From: Candidatus Bathyarchaeota archaeon
Lineage (GTDB): Archaea > Thermoproteota > Bathyarchaeia > Bathyarchaeales > WUQV01
Assembly (NCBI GenBank): GCA_021158125.1
Contig: JAGGVF010000012.1
Span: 91,612-155,611, forward strand
DNA: 64,000 nucleotides
Direction: 5' to 3'
Below the pieces are notes generated by a model, which worked only from the letters and a program-made list of their open reading frames with translations, was not told the origin of the DNA and did no database searches. This document shows, one piece after another, positions 27,640 to 38,683 of the stretch (the stretch's first letter is position 1; the number at the start of each line of letters is the position of its first letter). The position numbers were made by a program, and so were the translations under genes.

Positions 27640-29394
27640 TTGAACGCCAGCAAGAACAAAAAAGCGGAAATACGAGAGGCTATACGAAGAATAGCCTTAA
27701 TAAACGCAGTAAGCCACGATGGAAAGGCCAGAGTAGGACCTGTTATTGGAAAACTTCTCGCAGAAAATCCCGAGCTGAAAGCTAGGGTTAAGGAAATTAC
27801 AGATCTAGTTAAAGAAGTGGTTGAAGAAGTTAATAGAATTCCGTTTAATGAGCAGAAACGCATAGTTGAAGAGAATTGGCCTGAAGTCTTAGAGAAGAAA
27901 CCTCCAGAAGAGGAGAAGGGGCTTCCGCCGCTTCCAAATGTTGAAAAGTATAGGCGAGTTGTAACTCGTTTTTCACCTAATCCGGACTGCGTACTGCATT
28001 TAGGTTCTGCCCGAGCCATAATACTTTGCCACGAATACGCAAAAATGTATAATGGACTTTTCTACCTACGTTTCGAAGATACAGACCCTAAAGGAAAGAA
28101 ACCTCGCCTAGAATTCTACGATGCAATTCGAGAAGACCTGCTTTGGCTTGGATGCAAATGGGATAAAGAGTTCATCCAAAGCGACCGTCTAGAAATCTAT
28201 TATGAACATGCTGAGCGGCTTCTGAAGGAAGGAAAGGCTTACGTCTGCAAATGCAAAAAGGAGGAGTTCAGAAAGAGAATTTTAGCTAAACAGCCGTGTC
28301 CATGCCGAGATTTACCGCCTGAAGAACAGCTTGAACGTTGGCAAGACATGCATAATGGCACATATGCAGAAGGAGAAGCAGTTGTCCGCATAAAAACTGA
28401 TTTAAATCATCCAAATCCAGCTGTTAGAGACTGGCCAGCGTTAAGAATAATCGACGCTGAGAAATATCCCCATCCAAGGGTTGGAAGCAAATACAGAGTC
28501 TGGCCGCTTTACAATTTCGCATGCGGAATAGATGACCACCTACTTGGAATAACCCACATAATCCGCGGTAAGGAACACCTAACTAACATGATTAGACAAA
28601 GGTTCATGTATAGACACTTCGGATGGGAATATCCAGAAGCAATACATTATGGAAGGTTAAAAATTACCGGAGCATACCTAAGCAAGTCAAAAATTGTTGA
28701 AGGAATCCGTCAAGGCGTATTCAGCGGATGGGATGACCCCCGCCTTGCAACTCTTGCCGCTTTAAGACGAAGAGGCATAACTCCAGAAGCAATAAGGAAA
28801 CTAATAGTAGATGTAGGGCCGAAAACAGCAGACGTTACGCTTAGCTGGGAAAACCTCTACGCATACAACCGGAAAATCGTTGACCCAAAAGCCAACCGCT
28901 ACTTCTTTGTGCATAAACCAATAGAATTAACCGTGAAAGGGGTTTCAAAACCCTATAAGGCCAAACTTCACTTACATCCAGACCATCCTGAAAGAGGATT
29001 CAGAACCTTAGAAGTTAAACCGCAGAATAAAAAAGCATTGTTCTGGATTTCAAGCGACGACCTAAAACTTCTCGAAAATGGGAAAATCGTCAGGCTAATG
29101 GAACTATTTAACGTAAAAATAGAAAATGTGGCCGTTTATGCCGTCGACGCCATTTTTCACAGTGAATCATACGAAGAGGCTAGGAAAATGAAGGCTCCGC
29201 TTATTCATTGGCTTCCAATAAACTATGGAGTTCCATGCAAAGTTGTAATGCCCGATGCAACAGTTGCCGAAGGAATAGCCGAAAAAACATGTGCCAAACT
29301 AAAGCCTGGGACCACGGTTCAGTTTGAACGTTTCGGATTCGTCAGAATAGACAGCTCAAACGAAAAACTTGTTGCCTACTACACCCACAAGTAG
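27640..29394 (+). CDS. gltX: Glutamate--tRNA ligase (archaeal GluRS)
   Basis: RFSPNPDCVLHLGSARAIIL (HIGH-type), GITHIIRGKEH, LSKSK (KMSKS-type). 584 aa. Confidence 0.88.
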   Translation: MNASKNKKAEIREAIRRIALINAVSHDGKARVGPVIGKLLAENPELKARVKEITDLVKEVVEEVNRIPFNEQKRIVEENWPEVLEKKPPEEEKGLPPLPNVEKYRRVVTRFSPNPDCVLHLGSARAIILCHEYAKMYNGLFYLRFEDTDPKGKKPRLEFYDAIREDLLWLGCKWDKEFIQSDRLEIYYEHAERLLKEGKAYVCKCKKEEFRKRILAKQPCPCRDLPPEEQLERWQDMHNGTYAEGEAVVRIKTDLNHPNPAVRDWPALRIIDAEKYPHPRVGSKYRVWPLYNFACGIDDHLLGITHIIRGKEHLTNMIRQRFMYRHFGWEYPEAIHYGRLKITGAYLSKSKIVEGIRQGVFSGWDDPRLATLAALRRRGITPEAIRKLIVDVGPKTADVTLSWENLYAYNRKIVDPKANRYFFVHKPIELTVKGVSKPYKAKLHLHPDHPERGFRTLEVKPQNKKALFWISSDDLKLLENGKIVRLMELFNVKIENVAVYAVDAIFHSESYEEARKMKAPLIHWLPINYGVPCKVVMPDATVAEGIAEKTCAKLKPGTTVQFERFGFVRIDSSNEKLVAYYTHK

Positions 29395-29406
29395 AGGAGA
29401 ATTGAA

Positions 29407-29700
29407 ATGCGTAAACAAAACAAAGTTGTGGTATGGCCAATTTACTTCGACTCGACAAAAACCAGAGGAGAAGGAAGGAAACTTCCGAAGAAATACACTG
29501 TGCCAAATCCGAAAATAGACGAAATATGCGAAGCAGTAAAAAAGCTAGGCTTAAAATTTGAAGTTGAGGTCGATGCAGCTCATCCTAAGAGACCATGGCG
29601 AAAAACAGGCGTTATTTATATCCCAAAGAGTGATTCTAAGCTTAAGATTTTGAAGAGAATAGGAGAAAAACTTGTCAAAATGAGGAAATCTGAAAAATAA
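29407..29700 (+). CDS. srp19: Signal recognition particle protein SRP19
   Basis: VVWPIYFDSTKTRGEGRKLPKKYTVPNPKIDEI. Confidence 0.85.
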   Translation: MRKQNKVVVWPIYFDSTKTRGEGRKLPKKYTVPNPKIDEICEAVKKLGLKFEVEVDAAHPKRPWRKTGVIYIPKSDSKLKILKRIGEKLVKMRKSEK

Positions 29701-29710
29701 CAAACCTACT

Positions 29711-30103
29711 TTAGGCTTTTTCTTTTATTAAAACTGCGTTTATTATTCCGTTTTGTCCTGGTCTCGACGTGACTTTTGCTAGTCCCATGGGAGTTTCAAT
29801 TATTGTTCCTTTTGTGATTACTCCTCTTCTGTCATAGTCTACGTTGGCCGGATTCTTTACTACACGTATTATCTCAACTTTTTTGGTCTGCCCAGTTGAA
29901 GGGTCAGATACGCATGCGTAGCTGTCGCTTAACACCCTAATTTTAATGTTTCCGCCTCTTCTTCGTTCAATTTTTCTTTTTGTTTCTCCAAGCATGGTTT
30001 CAGTTGGGAAGGAGCCCATCTCGAATGCCCTTTTCATTCTGTAGGGTTTCTTTCTTCCTCCGGACGGTTTTCTCTTATGGAGGTCTCCATGCCACACAGC
30101 CAA
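29711..30103 (-). CDS. rps8e: 30S ribosomal protein eS8
   Basis: MAVWHGDLHKRKPSGGRKKPYRMKRAFEMG...RRRGGNIKIRVL. Confidence 0.88.
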   Translation of the reverse strand: MAVWHGDLHKRKPSGGRKKPYRMKRAFEMGSFPTETMLGETKRKIERRRGGNIKIRVLSDSYACVSDPSTGQTKKVEIIRVVKNPANVDYDRRGVITKGTIIETPMGLAKVTSRPGQNGIINAVLIKEKA

Positions 30104-30162
30104 TCTTATTCAAGCCTCGCTTTAAATCTTCCAAGACTCTAAAGAACATCGGCTTATTAAGC

Positions 30163-30762
30163 TTATCCTTTCCTCTCGTTTTTCTCCATTCCAAAGCTTT
30201 CAAAGAGGCTTTTCAACTGTTTCTTCATTGTTTTTATGTCATGGCTTAAGCCGAAATAATCTGCGAAATAAGGAGTTGTCTTCAAAACTATGTTTCTTCC
30301 AACTCTTTCCCGAGTTATTAAGCCAGCGTCCACAAGCTGCTTTATATGATGGTAAGCGTGGCTTCCCCTAACTTCTATAACCTGTTTCTGTAAAACTGGC
30401 TGCCGATAAGCTATGTAAGATAGTGTTTTCAAGGGGCCAGTTGGCAGCAAAGGCCGTGTGGATATTCTGCGAACCATGGGGGTGTATTCGGCCTTCAATT
30501 GCATTACGAATCTTCCGTCTTCAAGTTCAAGGATTTCCAGCGCAGTGTTCCTCCCTTTGTACTCTTCGATAAGGGTTCTTGCCAATTTCTGAACTTTACG
30601 CTTTGAACGGGTCTTCAGAACGGAACCTAAGGTCTTCAAGTCTAAAGGTCGGCCGGCAACGTACAGTGCAGCCTCTAGCAAGGCTAAATCACGCTTGAAT
30701 TTTTCTTCAGCCAGCTTTTCCTTAGACGTTTGCTCCATCAGCTTCGGCAGCCACCTCTCCAA
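30163..30762 (-). CDS. scpB: Segregation and condensation protein B
   Basis: LLEAALYVAGRPLDLKTLGSVL plus tandem winged-helix layout. Downstream of scpA/smc; the start may be the internal Met at 30738. Confidence 0.75.
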   Translation of the reverse strand: MERWLPKLMEQTSKEKLAEEKFKRDLALLEAALYVAGRPLDLKTLGSVLKTRSKRKVQKLARTLIEEYKGRNTALEILELEDGRFVMQLKAEYTPMVRRISTRPLLPTGPLKTLSYIAYRQPVLQKQVIEVRGSHAYHHIKQLVDAGLITRERVGRNIVLKTTPYFADYFGLSHDIKTMKKQLKSLFESFGMEKNERKG

Positions 30763-31420
30763 CTACCGTGATGTAGATTTCTCCAAAGTCAGTTTCCTGC
30801 CACAAATTCACCCTTCCCTTCTGAGCTAAGAAAAGCAGCAAAATGAAAGTTCTTATAATTTCAAGTCTACTTGAACCTGAAACCAGTTCGGAGAACGTCA
30901 ATATTTGTTTACGCTTCGAGTAGCCTAAAAGTTTCATGTATAGTTTTTCCATTTGCTTCTCAATTTCCATAAGGTATTTGTCAATTTCAGGCAAGACTTC
31001 AGACGGAGAAGGCAGTATCGGCTCAACTTTCGGCTTAAGTGGGAGTAAACGCTCTCCTTTAAGAACTTCATCTAAAACTTTTAACAAATGCTCTATTGTA
31101 GTAGAAGTTAACTCATACCTAAGCGGAAGGAAAAGCGGTGGAGGAATAAAATCTTTAATGATTTTCGGCGGTTGAGCTGGTGGTTCCTCAAGCTTTAGCA
31201 AAAGCTTTGATTTCATCAAGTATATGAAAGCTGAAGAGTCTAAGGCTACTCCAGAAGCCCTGAAGTCTATTTCGCCCCGTTTCTCCATTTCCTCAAGAAA
31301 GCTTGTAAGCAAAAAAGCAATGTTAATTCTCCAAGGCGTAACCTTTTCAAGTTTGCTGAAATCGAAAAGTATGTTCCAAGGAGGCCTAAGATAAAACGGT
31401 TTTTGAACAGTTGAATCCAT
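30722..31420 (-). CDS. scpA: Segregation and condensation protein A (kleisin)
   Basis: 232 aa. Sits between smc and scpB, with a 1-nt overlap with smc. C-terminal winged-helix-like FILLLFLAQKGRVNLWQ. Confidence 0.65.
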   Translation of the reverse strand: MDSTVQKPFYLRPPWNILFDFSKLEKVTPWRINIAFLLTSFLEEMEKRGEIDFRASGVALDSSAFIYLMKSKLLLKLEEPPAQPPKIIKDFIPPPLFLPLRYELTSTTIEHLLKVLDEVLKGERLLPLKPKVEPILPSPSEVLPEIDKYLMEIEKQMEKLYMKLLGYSKRKQILTFSELVSGSSRLEIIRTFILLLFLAQKGRVNLWQETDFGEIYITVVGEVAAEADGANV

Positions 31421-34400
31421 TAGTTGACCTCCTTAAAACTTGCAGATATAACGTTTGAAACTCCGTTTCGGCTGTAAACTCCGTAGACTTTCTGCGCTTT
31501 GTTAACCATTTCGGGCTTTAGAGTTATCACTATAAACTGGGCCTTTTCAGACTCCTCCACGAAAAGTTCACTTAGCCTTTCAACATGGAAAGCGTCTAGG
31601 TGGGCGTCAACTTCGTCGAATATATAGAATGAGGCGGGGGAAAACTCCTGTAACGCAAATGTAAACGCAACAGCGGCTACACTGCGTTCTCCACCGCTTG
31701 CACCGCTCGCCAGAATCCAAGGCTTCCCTGGAAACTGTACGAGCATGTCTACTCCGCCGGCAAATGGGTCTTCGGGGTTTTCAAGCTTTAAAGTGGCTTT
31801 TCCTCCTCCAGTAAGCTTTTCGAAGTATCTTTCAAGGTTTTTGTTTATTTTTTCGAAAGCGTTCATGAATACTTCACGTTTTTTCCTTTCAATTTCGTCC
31901 ATAAACTGTACAATCGCCTGTTTTTCTCTTTCAAGCTCGTTCATTCTAAGTGAAAGTTCTTTATAGCGTGAAATTTGTTCGGCGTAATGGGATAGGGCGA
32001 GCTGGTTTACTCCGCCTAAACGTTCAAGTTCCAACTTCATCATGTTAAGCGTAGTTTCAACTTCTTGTAATTGCTCAGCTGAAATTCTCAATGGTTGAGC
32101 GTAACCTAACTCGGCTAGCCTTAGTTTGTGCTGCTCAAACTGAAGCATTGCTGTTTGGAGATTAAGTTGCAGTTGATTGTATATCCTATTCATCTGCTCG
32201 TATTCATCATCGATTTTCCGTAATTTCTTGTCAATATCATCTATCTGGGAAGTAAACTTCTTTGCTTCCTGCCTTGCTGTCAGAACTGTTTTAGCCAATT
32301 CTTCCCTTGCCTTTTCAAGCTCTAAAAGTTCAGCTTTTAGACTTTCCCTCTGTTCTAAGGCTTCGTTAACATCTTTTTCAACTAAAGCAAGTTGTTTCTC
32401 AACTTTTTGAAGCTGAACCTTAGCGTTCATGTAGCCAACTCTTAGGATATTCTGATACTTCGACTGTAAAGTTGAAATTTCAGTTTCAATTTCGCCTAGC
32501 TTTTGTCTAAGCGTAATGATTTCTTCCGCAAGCTTTTCCCTTTTAACTTCCATTTCTTGAATTTCAGCTGGGTCTGTCTTCCGCCTCAGTTCGGCGAGTT
32601 CTCTTCTAAGTCTTCTTATCTCCTTCTGTATCGAGTTTCTCTGAGCTTTTATCATCCCAACTTCTGTTCGGTCTTTTTCAAGTCTAGTTTCAATTTTTCT
32701 GATGTTGCTGTTTAGCCGTCTAATGTTCCATTTTGTCCGCTTGAGACTTCTTTTAACTCTCGCAATTTCCCCTTCAAGCATGTCGATTGATTCGGTCAAC
32801 CTCGCTATTTCAACTCTTGTCTTGTCAATTTCATCCTCGAAAAGTTTGAGGTCTCCTTCCCTTCTCATTAAATGTTCTTTTAAGGCTCTTACGGCTTCAT
32901 CCAAGCTTTTTATGGCTGATTCGCTTGGTATTATGACTGAGAAGTCTATTGGAGCCCGGTAGTATCCGCCTTCTAGGGCTCCTCCAGTTTCGTAGAGGTC
33001 TCCGTTTAGGGTTACAGCCCTTAATCCTTCACGGGAAATTTCAAAAGCTATTTTGTCATCAGATGCGATGACTGTGTCTCCGAAAACATAGTGTACAGCT
33101 GGCATATGCTTTTTAGAACATTTAATAAAATCTAAGATTGTTCCAGTTATTCCCCTTCTTTTTTTAGGGGCTAAAGGCTTAACGTTTTCAACTTCTTTTA
33201 TTGGAATTATCTTTATTCTTCCAAGTTTTAAACGTCTTAGAGTTTCTGCACATGTAAAAGCGGAATCCAAGTCCTCTACTACCAGGGCGTCTAACCATCC
33301 TGCAGCAGCCACTTCAACAGCCCTTTCATATCCTTTCTCAATTTTTATTAGGTTCCTTAATCTTCCATGAACACCGGGAATTACGCCTAGGCTGCCGAGT
33401 TCCTCAATGTTTTTCAATGCCTTTTCTTCTTGAGTTATGGTTTCCGCAAGTTCCCGCTGAGTTACAAATTCAACTACTGCCTCCTTGGCCGATTCTGCTA
33501 TTTTCCCAGCCTCAGCTATTTCTCGTTCTATAGTTTCTTTCTGAGCTATTCTGCGTTCAAGTGTTTCTTGAAGGCTTCTAAACCTTTTTTTCTGTTCTTT
33601 CTGTATTTCCTCTAAATCTTTAAGTGATTTTTGAAGTTCACCGAGGGTTGAGGAGAATCTCTCCTTTCTCTTGATTAAGTCTTCTAGGCGTCTGGCTAAA
33701 GTTCTTATCCTCGTAGTTTTCTGGATTTGTAAGCTTTTTAGGTCCGCAGTTTTCTGGTATAGTTCATCAAGTTTCTTCTCAATTTCTCTTAGTTTTTTGC
33801 TATTTTCGCCCAAGTTTTCCCATAGTTCTGCTGTTTCTTTTGCTAAAGCGTCATGTTCAGCTTGTTTTTTCTCTATCTGCTCTAAAAGTTTTATTTTTCG
33901 CCGTTTCAGCCTTCTTATTGTAAGTCTATTTTCCGTTATTTCCTTTCTCATGTTCTCCAATTGTACAAGGTGATTTTCTCTAACCTTTTTTAACCCTTCT
34001 AAACTTGCACTTCCCGCCCCAATCTTTGTGTTCAGCTCCGTTATTTTTGACCTTAGTTCTCCTATCTTTATTTGCACGCGGACTACTCTTGAGCCACCTT
34101 CTTCAACCATTTCTGAGCTTAATTTTCTCCACTCTTTTTCGGCCAGCTGCCGTTCTTGCCTAAGTTTCTCCCTTATTTCCTTTAACTTGTCAACTTTCGT
34201 TTTCACTTCTTCTGTTTGCTTTTTCAGCTGAGAAATCCTTTCTTGAAGTTGAAAAACTTCATGCGATAGTTTCATGGCCTCAAACTTTTTAATTTCCTTC
34301 TGAATGAAGTTGAATCTTAGAAGCTCGTTTCTTTCCCTTTCTAGGCTGTCTATTCTTTTTTGAACTTCATCTATTCTTCCCATGGCTGTTCTTATTGCAA

Positions 34401-34965
34401 TTTCAGCTTCCTTCAGTTTTTCTTCGGCTTCCGCCTTTTCGGCGTCATATTGGGCTATTCCAATTAGGTCTTCAATTATTTTTCTCCTTTCATGTGAAGA
34501 AATGTCTGCTAGGCGGGTTATGGTTCCCTGCAGTATAACGTTGTGTCCGCCGAAGCTTATCCCAGCCATCGAAAGGACGTCAAGTATCCTTGCTCTTGGA
34601 ACCTTCCTCCCGTTTAGTCTATAGATGCATTGGCCGTTTCTGAAAACCTCCCTCGAAATGGTTACGGTTTCTGTTTCGATTGGTATTCTCCCGTCTTTGT
34701 TGTCGAATTGAATTACCACCTTTGCCGATCTTGCCTTTTCCAATTTTGCCTCTGGAGAACCGTGAAAAATCAAGCTTGTTAGGTTTTCAGCTCGCATTCT
34801 TCTTGCGCTTAATTCTCCAAGGACAAAAAGTATTGCGTCAAGAATATTTGTTTTCCCGCTTCCGTTCGGCCCGCTTATGACCGTAAATCCTCTATCAAAT
34901 GTTATTGTTACTGGTTTCGCAAATGATTTGAATCCTCTAAGTTCTATTTTCCGAATGTAAGGCAT
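31420..34965 (-). CDS. smc: Chromosome partition protein SMC
   Basis: 1181 aa. Walker A GPNGSGKTNILDAILFVLG, long coiled coils, a hinge, the signature region SGGERSVAAVAF and Walker B FYIFDEVDAHLD. Confidence 0.92.
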   Translation of the reverse strand: MPYIRKIELRGFKSFAKPVTITFDRGFTVISGPNGSGKTNILDAILFVLGELSARRMRAENLTSLIFHGSPEAKLEKARSAKVVIQFDNKDGRIPIETETVTISREVFRNGQCIYRLNGRKVPRARILDVLSMAGISFGGHNVILQGTITRLADISSHERRKIIEDLIGIAQYDAEKAEAEEKLKEAEIAIRTAMGRIDEVQKRIDSLERERNELLRFNFIQKEIKKFEAMKLSHEVFQLQERISQLKKQTEEVKTKVDKLKEIREKLRQERQLAEKEWRKLSSEMVEEGGSRVVRVQIKIGELRSKITELNTKIGAGSASLEGLKKVRENHLVQLENMRKEITENRLTIRRLKRRKIKLLEQIEKKQAEHDALAKETAELWENLGENSKKLREIEKKLDELYQKTADLKSLQIQKTTRIRTLARRLEDLIKRKERFSSTLGELQKSLKDLEEIQKEQKKRFRSLQETLERRIAQKETIEREIAEAGKIAESAKEAVVEFVTQRELAETITQEEKALKNIEELGSLGVIPGVHGRLRNLIKIEKGYERAVEVAAAGWLDALVVEDLDSAFTCAETLRRLKLGRIKIIPIKEVENVKPLAPKKRRGITGTILDFIKCSKKHMPAVHYVFGDTVIASDDKIAFEISREGLRAVTLNGDLYETGGALEGGYYRAPIDFSVIIPSESAIKSLDEAVRALKEHLMRREGDLKLFEDEIDKTRVEIARLTESIDMLEGEIARVKRSLKRTKWNIRRLNSNIRKIETRLEKDRTEVGMIKAQRNSIQKEIRRLRRELAELRRKTDPAEIQEMEVKREKLAEEIITLRQKLGEIETEISTLQSKYQNILRVGYMNAKVQLQKVEKQLALVEKDVNEALEQRESLKAELLELEKAREELAKTVLTARQEAKKFTSQIDDIDKKLRKIDDEYEQMNRIYNQLQLNLQTAMLQFEQHKLRLAELGYAQPLRISAEQLQEVETTLNMMKLELERLGGVNQLALSHYAEQISRYKELSLRMNELEREKQAIVQFMDEIERKKREVFMNAFEKINKNLERYFEKLTGGGKATLKLENPEDPFAGGVDMLVQFPGKPWILASGASGGERSVAAVAFTFALQEFSPASFYIFDEVDAHLDAFHVERLSELFVEESEKAQFIVITLKPEMVNKAQKVYGVYSRNGVSNVISASFKEVN

Positions 34966-35111
34966 ACCTACAGCCGCCTAAGCTTTAACGCGGCAAGACA
35001 TCAACTATTTCAGTTTTTGTCTATAAAATTGTTCTATAAAGAAGTTGCATATAAAATAATTAGCCTTTTTCGTTGCAATTTTCTCTCGTAAACTTTCTTA
35101 TGGCACGTCAG

Positions 35112-35639
35112 CTAGCCACGTTTTTCCCGCAGTTCTTCAGCCATTCTCTTTACAAAAGTTTTTATCTTTTCCTTTTCTCCGTAAACGAGCATATAGCCGT
35201 CTTCTTGAAGTTCGCATGAAAGTTTAAGTTCTTTAGCTATTTTTTCAACGGTTTCCTTGGAAGTTTCATTTGACAGTTCTATTCTTAGCCAGGATTGACC
35301 TCGCGGTATTCCCGGCACAAACTTTGAGGCTTTAGCTTCCGTTTCCATTTCCTCTTCGTAAGCTTTTTTCCGAACAGTCTCTATTTTTCTCATCCATTTC
35401 TCTGCGAGTTCTGGCCCTAGCTTTTCTTGAACCTCCAAAATTAAAGATGATTCAGCCATGTCCAGATAACTCTCAATCTTCGGTATGCATTCCGTGCATG
35501 ACGGGTCTGCTTTTAAGATTTCTATCATAGTTTTCGCTGAACGCAAATCTTTCATTATGTTCTGAGGAACAGTTACTCCTTTCTTCTTGAGTTCTGTTGC
35601 TAAATCAGATAGGATTCTCCAAACTATTTCATAGTTCAT
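35112..35639 (-). CDS. Conserved archaeal hypothetical protein (DUF2096-like from memory)
   Basis: Clean 175-aa ORF with helical charged sequence and CTEC. No catalytic motif recognised. Confidence 0.5.
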   Translation of the reverse strand: MNYEIVWRILSDLATELKKKGVTVPQNIMKDLRSAKTMIEILKADPSCTECIPKIESYLDMAESSLILEVQEKLGPELAEKWMRKIETVRKKAYEEEMETEAKASKFVPGIPRGQSWLRIELSNETSKETVEKIAKELKLSCELQEDGYMLVYGEKEKIKTFVKRMAEELREKRG

Positions 35640-35802
35640 TTTTGCTCGAAATGTTGTATATAAAAGAACTACTTAAATCTGAAGCTTGTATCAGTATGGA
35701 AAATAGTCTCTTAAACATTGAAGACGAAAGGGAAACGTTATAAACGAAAAGGTTTTTAGTTGTGTTGGCTAATCAAGTCTGCAGAACATAAACAATTTCG
35801 AG

Positions 35803-36537
35803 GTGAATATATTGTCAATATTTGCTGCACCAGGCGCATATGACCGTGCAATTACGGTATTCTCTCCAGACGGTAGATTATTTCAGGTTGAATATGCCCT
35901 AGAAACTGTGAATAGAGGGGCAACCATCATTGGAATTACGTGCTCCGAAGGAGTAGTTTTGGGAGCAGAAGAAAAGCTTGAATCAAGTTTGCAGGATCCA
36001 AATTTCACTTGGAAAATATTTGAAGTTGACGAGCATATTGGCGCCGCAGTTGTCGGTTTAGGCTCAGATGCGCGTGTACTTATTGATCAAGCGAGAATTT
36101 ATGCACAGAGTAACCGTCTGCTTTACGATGAACCGATAGACATTGAAATAATTGCCAAGAGAATAGGTGACATAAAACAGCTTTACACCCAACATGCCGG
36201 AGTAAGACCATTCGGAGTTTCAATATTGTTCGGGGGAGTTGACAAAACAGGCTGCAAACTGTTCATGACTGACCCAAGCGGCTCATACAGAAGTTTCAAG
36301 GCGGTAGCCCTCGGGATAGGCAGAGAAACCGCAGAGAAAATTCTAAAGGAAGAATATAGAGAAGACCTAACGCTGGAAGAGGCGATAAAATTAGCTGTTA
36401 AATGTCTAGTTAAAGCTTTAGAAGCCAGAGGGGAAAAGCCGAGACTAAGAATAGGCGTTGTTCCCGCGGAAACGAAAAAGGTTAGAATGTTGCCCTTGGA
36501 AGAAATTGAAGGTTACATTAAAAGTCTGGGAGGATAG
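35803..36537 (+). CDS. psmA: Proteasome subunit alpha
   Basis: YDRAITVFSPDGRLFQVEYALE...GATIIGI. Confidence 0.9.
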   Translation: MNILSIFAAPGAYDRAITVFSPDGRLFQVEYALETVNRGATIIGITCSEGVVLGAEEKLESSLQDPNFTWKIFEVDEHIGAAVVGLGSDARVLIDQARIYAQSNRLLYDEPIDIEIIAKRIGDIKQLYTQHAGVRPFGVSILFGGVDKTGCKLFMTDPSGSYRSFKAVALGIGRETAEKILKEEYREDLTLEEAIKLAVKCLVKALEARGEKPRLRIGVVPAETKKVRMLPLEEIEGYIKSLGG

Positions 36538-37227
36538 ATGAGCCAGAAGTACACCGTCGCCCGCATAACCCGCGAAGGCGAACATTTCGAAATTCTCGTT
36601 AAACCTGACCAAGCCTTTGAATTTAGGCTTGGAAAGAGACAAGCGGTATCAGAGGTGTTAGTAACTGACACCATCTTTACAGACGCAAACAAGGGATTAA
36701 GAGCATCAGAGGAAAAACTGCGGAAAGCCTTCGGAACCACAGATCCGCTGAAAATAGCTGAAATAATTCTTAGAAAGGGAACACTGCAATTAACAACGGA
36801 GCAAAGAAGAAAGCTAATAGAAGAGAAAAAGAAGCAGATAATAGCTTTTATCTCAAGAAACTGCGTCGACCCAAGAACCAACCTTCCGCATCCCCCGCTG
36901 AGAATTGAACAAGCCATGGAGCAAATCCACTTTTCAATAGACCCATTCAGAGATGCAGAAGAACAAGCCAAGGAAGTCATAAAACTTCTACGGTCAGTTC
37001 TGCCGCTGAAAACAGAGCAAGTTTCAGTTTCAGTGCATATCCCGCCGCAGTACACTGGAAAAGCTTACGGAACAGTTAAGAGCTTTGGAACCATAAGACA
37101 TGAAGAGTGGAGAGCCGACGGCTCTTTTCACGCAATTGTTGAAATGCCCGCTGGGCTTTACGGGCCGTTTCTTGAAAAGTTGGGGGAGATAACTAAAGGT
37201 AACGCAGAAGCGAAGATTATTGAATGA
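36538..37227 (+). CDS. sdo1: Ribosome maturation protein SBDS/Sdo1
   Basis: VARITREGEHFEILVKPDQAFEFRLGK. Position after psmA matches the archaeal exosome superoperon. Confidence 0.85.
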   Translation: MSQKYTVARITREGEHFEILVKPDQAFEFRLGKRQAVSEVLVTDTIFTDANKGLRASEEKLRKAFGTTDPLKIAEIILRKGTLQLTTEQRRKLIEEKKKQIIAFISRNCVDPRTNLPHPPLRIEQAMEQIHFSIDPFRDAEEQAKEVIKLLRSVLPLKTEQVSVSVHIPPQYTGKAYGTVKSFGTIRHEEWRADGSFHAIVEMPAGLYGPFLEKLGEITKGNAEAKIIE

Positions 37228-37233
37228 AAAGTT

Positions 37234-37962
37234 TTGGAGATGAAAATATTGCCAATATTTTTCGAAAAAAGGGAAATTGTTGTTCCGGGAGATTTGTTAG
37301 CCGAAGGCGATTATATAGCTGGAGAAAACACGTTTAGGGAAGGAAAATACATATACGCGACCCGAGTTGGCCTTATAGAATATACCAACAAAAAAGTGAA
37401 TGTTGTAGCCTTAAAGGCCTTCTATGTCCCAAGAATAGGAGACTTAGTAATAGGAAAAATAGTGGAAGTTGGAATTTCAGGGTGGGTTGTTGACATAAAC
37501 TCGCCTTACATGGCATTGCTTCGAGCCTCAGACGTAATCGAAAGAGGATTCAACCCTAGAAAAGACGACTTAACAGCCATCTACGACGTTGGAGACATGA
37601 TAATAGCAAAAATAATAGCATATGACAGAACTCAAAACCCACTCTTAACAGTGAATGAAACTGGACTTGGAAAAATAACTAGAGGCCAAATAATCAAAAT
37701 AACTCCAACGAAAATCCCGAGAGTCATCGGAAGAAAAGGATCAATGATAAACGTTATCAAAAAAGAAAGCGGCTGCAACATAATTTTAGGCCAAAACGGA
37801 CTCATACTTATAAGGGGCCGTTCACCAGAAAACGAAAGACTAGCCGTTATGGCCATACGTAAAATTGAGGAAGAATCACATACAAGCGGTTTAACAGACC
37901 GCGTAGCCGAAATGCTTAGAAAAGAAAAGGAAAGTGGAAAATATGAGTCAAAAAGTTCCTGA
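37234..37962 (+). CDS. rrp4: Exosome cap subunit Rrp4 (S1 + KH)
   Basis: S1-like [24 protein letters not shown]; KH-like [29 protein letters not shown]. Confidence 0.85.
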   Translation: MEMKILPIFFEKREIVVPGDLLAEGDYIAGENTFREGKYIYATRVGLIEYTNKKVNVVALKAFYVPRIGDLVIGKIVEVGISGWVVDINSPYMALLRASDVIERGFNPRKDDLTAIYDVGDMIIAKIIAYDRTQNPLLTVNETGLGKITRGQIIKITPTKIPRVIGRKGSMINVIKKESGCNIILGQNGLILIRGRSPENERLAVMAIRKIEEESHTSGLTDRVAEMLRKEKESGKYESKSS

Positions 37963-38683
37963 AAAATTAATAGACGAGAAAGGATTAAGGTTAGATGGAA
38001 GAAAACCTGACGAGTTAAGGCCTGTAAAAATAGAAGTTGGAGTTTTAAGCAATGCAGATGGCTCAGCCTACATTGAACAGGGAAAAACCAAGATTTTAGC
38101 GGCTGTTTATGGTCCAAAGGAGGTTCATCCTAGACATTTGGCGTTGCCAGACAGAGCAGTTTTAAGATGCAGATACCACATGGCGCCATTTTCTGTGGAA
38201 CAAAGAAAGTCTCCGGCTCCATCAAGGAGAGAGATGGAGCTTTCAAAGGTAATTAGGGAAGCCCTTGAACCCTCAATATTTGTCGAGTATTATCCGCGAA
38301 CGGCGATAGACATCTTCATTGAAGTTTTGCAGGCTGATGGAGGAACAAGATGCGCCGGAATAACTGTTGCTTCGCTCGCATTAGCTGATGCTGGAATCCC
38401 AATGCGGGATCTAGTTTGTGCCTGTGCAGCTGGGAAAGTAGATGGAACCATAGTGCTTGACCTAACAGATATTGAAGATAAGAAAGGTGAAGCAGACCTT
38501 CCAACAGCCATGATGCCCAACAGTAAATCAATCACACTTTTGCAAATGGACGGAATGCTAACCCCAGAAGAATTTGAAAAAGCCTTGAATTTGGCTGTTG
38601 AAGGCTGCAAAAAAATCTACAGTTTGCAGAAGGAAGCCTTAAAGGCAAAGTATGTAGCTATTAAGGAGGCTGTCGAAGAATGA
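37934..38683 (+). CDS. rrp41: Exosome catalytic ring subunit Rrp41 (RNase PH-like)
   Basis: [43 protein letters not shown]...QADGGTR. Confidence 0.88.
   Translation: MENMSQKVPEKLIDEKGLRLDGRKPDELRPVKIEVGVLSNADGSAYIEQGKTKILAAVYGPKEVHPRHLALPDRAVLRCRYHMAPFSVEQRKSPAPSRREMELSKVIREALEPSIFVEYYPRTAIDIFIEVLQADGGTRCAGITVASLALADAGIPMRDLVCACAAGKVDGTIVLDLTDIEDKKGEADLPTAMMPNSKSITLLQMDGMLTPEEFEKALNLAVEGCKKIYSLQKEALKAKYVAIKEAVEE

Noticed and set aside
31745-34880. A dozen 60-100 aa plus-strand ORFs inside the smc locus
   Set aside because: They are antisense shadows of the K/E/L-rich coiled-coil codons of SMC. Their products are S/F/L-rich low-complexity strings with no motifs. The minus strand carries a complete 1181-aa SMC with Walker A/B and signature motifs.
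36513-38117. Long minus-strand ORFs 36513-37055 (180 aa) and 37632-38117 (161 aa)
   Set aside because: They are antisense to SBDS and Rrp4/Rrp41, whose plus-strand translations carry clear family motifs. The minus-strand products are Cys/Ser/Phe-rich with no recognisable domain.
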